Below the pieces are notes generated by a model. That model worked only from the letters and a program-made list of their open reading frames with translations, searched no databases and was not told the origin of the DNA. From positions 160,001 through 224,000 of IMG/VR virus record IMGVR_UViG_3300021431_000075: 64,000 nt of DNA, one strand, 5' to 3'. Origin of the DNA: a virus (taxonomy: Duplodnaviria > Caudoviricetes). Both the position numbers and the translations under genes were made by a program. Every line of letters starts with the position of its first letter. Position 1 is the stretch's first letter. Shown piece after piece: positions 57,386 through 64,000 of this stretch.

Positions 57386-59647
57386 TTATATCAGACCGGC
57401 TATCTTGCCGGAACGGTCAACATATGAGCACGGACCGACCTTCAGCAGTCCGCTCCTGTCAAGAGCGATACGGAACGCGGTCCACTCGTCAAGCAGCTGC
57501 TTTCCGTCAGCGTCGAACAGGTTGTACTTCTTGTCACCCTTTTCATCCGCGCACTCGACAACGACCAGCTCGTCCGGAACGGCTTCATACAGCCGAATCA
57601 GATTCAAGCCAGAACCGGCCAATCTGGAACCGTTCGTGCCGAACACGCGCTTTCCGGTCTTGCAGACAAGAACATCCGACACATTGTCATTCTTGACGGC
57701 GACAAAGCCGCCTCTCATGTATGTGCTTATGTTTTCGAACCAGATGTCTGAAACAAGATTGCCGTCCCTGTCTATGATATTCTCTTTCATGTCTCCGGAC
57801 GACACGACCCGCGCGTATCCGTATTCGTCAAACCTGTTTATGAACGAGACCTGCATGCCGAGATCAACCGGTCCGGCTCCCCACTTCCACAGCACCGTGT
57901 CTCCGGACCGCAACTGGACAGAAGCGAACCCGTTCCCGACATACTGTATTCTGGTGGCGTCATCCATGCCGCAGCACGCCTTGCCGTCAGCGGAAACCAT
58001 GTTCTGAAAAGTCTTCATGGAATACCCGTTCTGATAGCCGTGAAACGTCCACGTCCCGTTCTCTTTCGAATATATATGGTCGACATGGTACATCTTGGCG
58101 CCGTCATCCGCTTCGATGACATCAAGCTTGCCGAACTTGTATCCCTCAAGCACCGTCCTGCCGGTCTCCGTTTCCATGAACCGCCACTCGTCACAGCCTC
58201 TAACGAAAGCGAATACTCCGCACTCGGGCCAGCCGCACACGTCATCGAACCACTCTTCCGAAACAAAACTTCCGTCCTCCCTTATGTAGTTGTATGTTTT
58301 TGTTCCGTCCTCGTTTATGCACACGCTGGCGAACCCGTTCGACATGCAACCGCAGCCGCCATTGAACCATTCCTTAAAGAGCATCTTTCCACTCCTGTCC
58401 ACATAGTTGTACTCCCAACAATTGGACAGGCTGTCATACCTTCCGACCTTCGCGACATCGCGCTTCCGGTTCGGATTCACGGCTCTCTTCCTGTTTGCAG
58501 AATCATCGAACGCGACATACTCGTACCAGTCGTCAAGAATCGGCTTTCCGCTCCTGTCTATGATATTGCTATTGCATATCTTGCGTTCATCGTCGTATCT
58601 GGTTATCACGGAAAGACCGTCAACGAAGTTCTCCGCGCCCAAAATCCAGTCTCCAAGCAAAGAATTGCCATCCTTGTCTATCAACTTGGCACTCGTCGTA
58701 CCTGACTTGTTCTTTATCCGGATCGAGATGAATCCCTCCGAGAAACTGTCCTCGCATTCGTCAAACATATAGTCCAGCAGGAAAGTTCCGTCCATCTTCA
58801 GGAAATTCATCTCTCTGTTAAAGTTCATGTACATAGACACTGCCATCAGTCCGTTCTCATCGAATCTTCCGAACTTCGAGTCTGTTATGCCGGCTTCATG
58901 CTCGAACAGCAATCCGCCGGAAGAGTCAAACATGTACATCCTTTGCTGCGAAGCCATCCTGCTGAAACCGTATGCCACATACCTGCTTCCGGCGTCGTCG
59001 ACCGGCTCGATGATTCCCATGCGACCCGCAATCCTGATGAAGCTTCCGGCGAACTTCACGCAGCCCTTTTCGAGGTTGTACCCTTTCCGACCGCAATGGA
59101 ACACCCATTTCGCACCGTCGTCGCAGAACACGCAGCAAACGTTATCATCGCCGATTTTCCAGAAAGCCATCCGGACCCCGCCCTCCGTGCATATCCCGCC
59201 CGCCATGACTGACCGCATCATATGCGCGGCTATGGTCACGAGACCGTCAGCGGTCTCGGAATCCTTCGGGATGCTGACATCGACAGACAGCACGCTCGAA
59301 TCCTTGAACTTCCTCTTCGCGCTCCCGTACATGTCCTTCGAATAGAAGTCGAGGTTCGGAAAGTCGTCAGGCTTGCCGAGCTTCCTGATGAACTTCCAAG
59401 AATCGGCAAGCTCCATGTTCTTCAGTCTGCAGAGCGCCGGCTCCATGCACGTGTCGAAGAACATGCTCTTGACAGCGGCAGCTCCCAGGCCGCTCTTGAA
59501 ATGGAACATGAACCTGTACTCGACAGGACCGTCGATGCTGGCATCCTCGTCATCCCTCACTTCATCATTCTCGACGCTGTCAAGAAGCGACTCGTTCACT
59601 GCGTATATGCCATTCGGAAACTTTCCCATTGCCTGTTTCGTTTTCAT
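57386..59647 (-). CDS. WG-repeat-like protein, member 5
   Basis: YAVNESLLD leader; same architecture. Confidence 0.85.
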   Translation of the reverse strand: MKTKQAMGKFPNGIYAVNESLLDSVENDEVRDDEDASIDGPVEYRFMFHFKSGLGAAAVKSMFFDTCMEPALCRLKNMELADSWKFIRKLGKPDDFPNLDFYSKDMYGSAKRKFKDSSVLSVDVSIPKDSETADGLVTIAAHMMRSVMAGGICTEGGVRMAFWKIGDDNVCCVFCDDGAKWVFHCGRKGYNLEKGCVKFAGSFIRIAGRMGIIEPVDDAGSRYVAYGFSRMASQQRMYMFDSSGGLLFEHEAGITDSKFGRFDENGLMAVSMYMNFNREMNFLKMDGTFLLDYMFDECEDSFSEGFISIRIKNKSGTTSAKLIDKDGNSLLGDWILGAENFVDGLSVITRYDDERKICNSNIIDRSGKPILDDWYEYVAFDDSANRKRAVNPNRKRDVAKVGRYDSLSNCWEYNYVDRSGKMLFKEWFNGGCGCMSNGFASVCINEDGTKTYNYIREDGSFVSEEWFDDVCGWPECGVFAFVRGCDEWRFMETETGRTVLEGYKFGKLDVIEADDGAKMYHVDHIYSKENGTWTFHGYQNGYSMKTFQNMVSADGKACCGMDDATRIQYVGNGFASVQLRSGDTVLWKWGAGPVDLGMQVSFINRFDEYGYARVVSSGDMKENIIDRDGNLVSDIWFENISTYMRGGFVAVKNDNVSDVLVCKTGKRVFGTNGSRLAGSGLNLIRLYEAVPDELVVVECADEKGDKKYNLFDADGKQLLDEWTAFRIALDRSGLLKVGPCSYVDRSGKIAGLI

Positions 59648-61809
59648 TATATGATAGTCGCGACCTTTCCGCTGTAGTCGACATAAGAAGCCGGACCGAC
59701 CCTCATCAGCCCGTTATCAAGAGGCATGATGCGGAACTCTGTCCATTTGTCAAGCAGCCGGTTCCCGTCGCAGTCGAACATGTTGTACTTAAGGGTATTG
59801 GAAATCCATGCCTCGACAATGACCAGCCTATCCGGAACCGCGACATATATCTTGTTGATGCCGAGACCCTCCGGACCGAACAGCATCTTCCCTGTCTTGC
59901 AGACAACCACGTTCGCAACCTTGCATTCCCCCTTTCCGGTCCAACACACTGCGAATCCGTCCTTGCAATATCCGATGCCGTCAAACCATTCATCCGAAAC
60001 CTGCTTTCCGTCCTTGCCGACAATATTATGCTTGGAATCCTTTGACGCGACCAGCGTATATTCGCTATCGCCAAACATCGATGCACCTGAAATATTCCTG
60101 TCCAGTCTCACGGGACCTGTTCCCCATTTCCATAGGACGGTGTCTCTTGTGAATTGCTTCCGGACTGTCGCGAAACCGTTCCCTATGTAGCTCACGTCCC
60201 ACGAGTCCGTCTTGTCGCAGCACATCACTCCGTCCGCGGAAATCAGGTTGCTATATCTCTTGCCTCTGACAACATCATAGACTTCCACGTCATAATACTT
60301 GAAACCGTCATTCGCGACCTCGTGGTTAACTTTTCTGAATACCTCACCGCCGAACAGCAGTTTCCCGCTGCCGGTTTTCCTGAACTTCCAGCCGCCTCCC
60401 GGATTGACAAACGCGAACAGCCCGCATTCAGGCCAGCCACAAACCGCACCGAACCACTTTTCTGAAACGAAGCTTCCGTCCTCTCTCATGAAGTTATATC
60501 TGTACCGGTTGTTCTCGAACTCACCCACCGCCGCAAAACCGTTCCTCATGACACCGCAGCCTCCAGACAGCCATTTCCCAAGAAGCAACTCGCCTTTCCT
60601 GTTCACGTAGTTGTACTTCCACGAACCGTCAGCAGACCTGCATATGACTCTTGCAACGGTCCGCCTTCCAGTATTCGCATCATCTTCAAAATCTATGTCC
60701 TTGTACCATTCCGAAAGAACCGGCTTTCCGCTCCTGTCTATGAAGTTCTTGTTGTTCTTGTCGTTGGAATCTGGCATACGCTTCGATATTACCGCAAGAC
60801 CGTCAGAAAAGTTCTCGACATCCGCATACCAGTCTTTCAGCAGCAGGTTCCCGTCCTTGTCAATCAGGTTCGATTCCGAACACCTGTCTTGGTTGAGCCT
60901 TGTCACTCTTGCATACCCCTCGGAGAACGTTTCCGAGCAAGCAAAGAAATCATCAGGCGACAGTTTCGTTCCGTCCATCTTCATGTAATTCTCACGACCT
61001 CTTGAGAATTTGACATACATCAGACCGTTCTCAAGATACTTTCCGTTTTCTGTCCCTGACTCAAGCTCGACCTCGTAATCCGCCAAGCAATTTCCGTCCG
61101 ATGTGATGACGAACATCATCCAGTCCTTGGTCAATTCTCCATAACTGTATGCCACATATCTTGTTCCCGCTTCGTCAACAGGCTCTATTATACCGAGTCT
61201 CTTCGCAATCCTGACGAAGATTTCTGCAAGTTTTCTACACCCCACCGGATACATGGCACCGAATTGTCCGCAATAGAACAGCCACTTGCCGCCTGCGGCA
61301 TAGCACGCGCTGTACACGACGTCGGCATCCGTGTTCCAGAACGCCATTCTAATGTCTTTGCCTGTATTCAATCCGCACATAAGGACAGCCTGCATCAAAT
61401 GCGCCGCTATCGGTACAACCGTTTCTGCGGTTTCCGAAGAAGCGTCTATCCGGACATCTACAGACAACGTGAACGGACTCTTGAACACCTCGTCCGCGCC
61501 AACTCCGTGCAAGCAGTACGAGTACGCGTCGATGTTGGGAAAGTCGCCAAGTTTGCCGAGCTTCTTGTTGAACGACCACGAAACCAGAACACCGCGGCTC
61601 CTCATCCTCTCAAGCGCCGGCTCCATGGCGGAGCCGAAGAACACGTTCTTGACCTGCTTGGATTTCTTGTCGGACTCGAAACTGAACATGAACCTGTACG
61701 TTACTGTCTGTTCAGCACCGGCAGCCTCGTCGTCAACAACCTCGTCCGCATCGACCTTGCCAAGCAAGGACTCGTTCAACATGTATATGTCATTTCCATA
61801 ACTTCTCAT
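59647..61809 (-). CDS. WG-repeat-like protein, member 6
   Basis: YMLNESLLG leader; same architecture. Confidence 0.85.
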   Translation of the reverse strand: MRSYGNDIYMLNESLLGKVDADEVVDDEAAGAEQTVTYRFMFSFESDKKSKQVKNVFFGSAMEPALERMRSRGVLVSWSFNKKLGKLGDFPNIDAYSYCLHGVGADEVFKSPFTLSVDVRIDASSETAETVVPIAAHLMQAVLMCGLNTGKDIRMAFWNTDADVVYSACYAAGGKWLFYCGQFGAMYPVGCRKLAEIFVRIAKRLGIIEPVDEAGTRYVAYSYGELTKDWMMFVITSDGNCLADYEVELESGTENGKYLENGLMYVKFSRGRENYMKMDGTKLSPDDFFACSETFSEGYARVTRLNQDRCSESNLIDKDGNLLLKDWYADVENFSDGLAVISKRMPDSNDKNNKNFIDRSGKPVLSEWYKDIDFEDDANTGRRTVARVICRSADGSWKYNYVNRKGELLLGKWLSGGCGVMRNGFAAVGEFENNRYRYNFMREDGSFVSEKWFGAVCGWPECGLFAFVNPGGGWKFRKTGSGKLLFGGEVFRKVNHEVANDGFKYYDVEVYDVVRGKRYSNLISADGVMCCDKTDSWDVSYIGNGFATVRKQFTRDTVLWKWGTGPVRLDRNISGASMFGDSEYTLVASKDSKHNIVGKDGKQVSDEWFDGIGYCKDGFAVCWTGKGECKVANVVVCKTGKMLFGPEGLGINKIYVAVPDRLVIVEAWISNTLKYNMFDCDGNRLLDKWTEFRIMPLDNGLMRVGPASYVDYSGKVATII

Positions 61810-61827
61810 CTTTCCATATCGTCTCGA

Positions 61828-64000
61828 TTATATCAGGCATACCGTATTTCCAGAACAGTCAACATAAGCGGAAGGTCCGACCCTCAGCACTCTGCCGTCT
61901 TCCGTAGCGCAAATGCGGAAATCAGTCCACTCGTCCAGCAGCATGTTCCCGTCACAGTCGAATATATTGTACTTAAGAACAGAATCCTGTTTCTCGACAA
62001 TCACAACCTTGTCGGGAACGGCGCCGCATATCCGGCACGGAAGTTCCTCGCCGGTTCTGAACAGCAGTTTTCCGCTCTTACACGAAAGGATGTTCATCAT
62101 CTTCTCGATGTGGCGTCCGTCGCCGTAAGACCAGACTTCGACAAAGCCGCCTCTCATGTATGTGCTTATGTGTTCGTACCAGATGTCTGAAACAAGATTG
62201 CCGTCCTTGTCTATGACCGTGTACTTGTCAACTGACGTGACGACCGCGTATTCGCTGTCGCCGAGCCTGCATGCATGGGAGACAAGCCTGCCAAGCTCGA
62301 CCGGACCCTTTCCGAACTTCAATATTTCCTTTTTACTGAAGTACGACTTGCTGGCAAGCACGAGTCCGTTCCCTACATAATTCATATCCCACATATCTGT
62401 CTTGTCGCGGCACATCACTCCGTCAGACGAGACCAAGTTGCAGTAAGCATTCATATCTTTGCCGTCACTGCCGGCAGTGCGCACGACATAGTACCTGAAT
62501 CCGTCAGCACACACATTCTTGGCAACGCTACCAAACACGCATCCTCCGAACATGACCTTTCCGGTTTCCGTATCCATGAACTGCCAGTGTCCGTTCTTCT
62601 TGGACTTGAACGCGAAGATTCCATCCTCCGGCCATCCGAGAACACGTTCGAACCAATTCTTGGACATAAGACTTCCATTCTCCCTCATGTAGTTCCAAAT
62701 CGTATCTCCGTCCACTGTTATCTTACTCAGTTCGGCAAAGCCGTTCACCATGCATCCACAATGTCCGTCGAACCATTCCTTGGATAACAGATTTCCGCTC
62801 CTGTCCACATAGTTCCATATAAGGGATCCGCTGCTGGACTTCCGGACTCTTGCCACAGTCCTCTTGCACCCATCATCCGGTTCGCCGTCCGCTTCCTCGA
62901 ACCTGATATCATCATACCATTCTTTGAACAGCAGGTGTCCTTCTGTATCGACGACATTATGCTTTCTCTCAGTGCGCCAGTCACGGCGCATTTCCTTGAC
63001 CACGATTGCAATGCCGTCCACGAACCTCTCTGTCCGTTTGCACCATTCGTCCAGCAGGGGGTCTCCGTCCTTGTCGAGAAAGTTCCCCTCCGCATAGCCG
63101 TCCGCTCCTGTTCTCATCACGGACACGAAGCCCTCAGAGAACACGCTGTCGCACATGTATCCATATTCCTGCCATGTCGTGCCGTTCATCCTCAGGTAGT
63201 TCTTGTACCGTCCGCTGAAATCCACGTACATCAGGCCGTTGTCAAGGAACCTTCCGTGCGCCGCCACTGCGAGAACCACGGTGAATTCGTTCAGACAGGT
63301 ACCGTCCGACGCGATGAAGTACATCATCTGGTTTCCAGCATCCTTTCCGAAACTGTACACGACATATCTCGTGCCTGCATCATCAACAGGCTTCACGATA
63401 CCCAGCTTTCCGGATTTCTTGACAAAGCACCCTGCAAACGTTTCGCACAAGTCAAGCGAATTAGAACAGTCCCTGCCGCAATGAAATACCCACTTTTCCC
63501 AGTCGCCGCTTGTTGTTTTCCTCTTATCGATTTCATAGAACACGCTGTAAACCAGACTGTCGCCGGTTCTCCAGAACGACTCCATCATGTTCCCGTCCAT
63601 GCTGATTCCGGATGAAAGCGCGTACTGCATCAGAACCGCAGACACGGTTCCGAGGAACTCCGTGCTTTCTTCCGGCTCAGGAAACCTCACGGCGAGCGAC
63701 AGTACGAAAGAAGGCATGTCGCTTGAAGACACAGACTCGTTGTACATGCAATCCATGAACAAGCCGATAAGCGGAAAGTCCTCAATGCGTCCGTTGGTCC
63801 TGTCGAAATCCCAGGATTCCAGAAGCCCCCTCGACTTCATCATGTCAAGAGCAGGCTCCATGACAGAACCGAAGAAAGTATCCATGACAATCTTCGGGTT
63901 CTTGTCGCTGTTGAAATAGAACAAGAACGTGTACTCAGCGACCGATTCATCCTCATCGGAGACCTTGTCCGCTTCCACTGCATCAAGCAGATTCTCGTTC
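61828..64000 (-). CDS. WG-repeat-like protein, member 7 (5' partial)
   Basis: The frame continues to the window edge as NENLLDAVEADKV. Confidence 0.85.
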   Translation of the reverse strand, partial: NENLLDAVEADKVSDEDESVAEYTFLFYFNSDKNPKIVMDTFFGSVMEPALDMMKSRGLLESWDFDRTNGRIEDFPLIGLFMDCMYNESVSSSDMPSFVLSLAVRFPEPEESTEFLGTVSAVLMQYALSSGISMDGNMMESFWRTGDSLVYSVFYEIDKRKTTSGDWEKWVFHCGRDCSNSLDLCETFAGCFVKKSGKLGIVKPVDDAGTRYVVYSFGKDAGNQMMYFIASDGTCLNEFTVVLAVAAHGRFLDNGLMYVDFSGRYKNYLRMNGTTWQEYGYMCDSVFSEGFVSVMRTGADGYAEGNFLDKDGDPLLDEWCKRTERFVDGIAIVVKEMRRDWRTERKHNVVDTEGHLLFKEWYDDIRFEEADGEPDDGCKRTVARVRKSSSGSLIWNYVDRSGNLLSKEWFDGHCGCMVNGFAELSKITVDGDTIWNYMRENGSLMSKNWFERVLGWPEDGIFAFKSKKNGHWQFMDTETGKVMFGGCVFGSVAKNVCADGFRYYVVRTAGSDGKDMNAYCNLVSSDGVMCRDKTDMWDMNYVGNGLVLASKSYFSKKEILKFGKGPVELGRLVSHACRLGDSEYAVVTSVDKYTVIDKDGNLVSDIWYEHISTYMRGGFVEVWSYGDGRHIEKMMNILSCKSGKLLFRTGEELPCRICGAVPDKVVIVEKQDSVLKYNIFDCDGNMLLDEWTDFRICATEDGRVLRVGPSAYVDCSGNTVCLI

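Noticed and set aside
49243-63919. Many plus-strand ORFs up to 308 aa
   Set aside because: Antisense shadows of the long minus-strand paralogs; no recognisable motifs.
1-64000. Genome-wide stop-codon recoding (TAG=Gln or TGA=Trp)
   Set aside because: Coding density is high under the standard code; ATGA start/stop overlaps occur (1422, 8243, 45398) and TAG-ended genes abut the next gene.
48522-64000. Diversity-generating retroelement targets
   Set aside because: No reverse transcriptase in the window, no template/variable repeat pair with adenine-only differences seen, and the C-termini are conserved.

Overview
An accessory region of a large lytic phage of Bacteroidales (Prevotella-like; inferred), read in the standard genetic code. 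Supporting signs are dense hypothetical ORFs, Bacteroidota sigma-A promoters (TTG-N19/20-TAnnTTTG), T4-like ATAAATA late-promoter motifs, and no host housekeeping genes. Recognisable genes are a KptA/Tpt1 RNA 2'-phosphotransferase, tRNA-Arg(UCU), an outer-membrane beta-barrel, a BspA-type LRR protein, a GNAT, Dam, a beta-class DNA methyltransferase and DUF488. There are three TnpB-family elements: a full IS607, a solo tnpB, and a TnpB-related element that visibly splits a phage gene. Several paralog families are expanded, including a 15.5 kb tandem array of at least seven WG-repeat-like proteins with an N-terminal LNESLL motif. The most striking feature is non-coding: two arrays (37.9-38.5 kb and 44.3-44.6 kb) of eight small transcription units. 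Each unit has a promoter, a variable U-rich 35-50 nt segment, and a covarying hairpin with an invariant U-GUGA(N)-A loop and U-tract. The variable segments read as the reverse complement of Bacteroidota translation-start regions, in five cases including the ATG. I interpret this as a candidate phage-encoded array of antisense/guide sRNAs on a shared protein-binding scaffold. All calls were made by eye, with no database searches.
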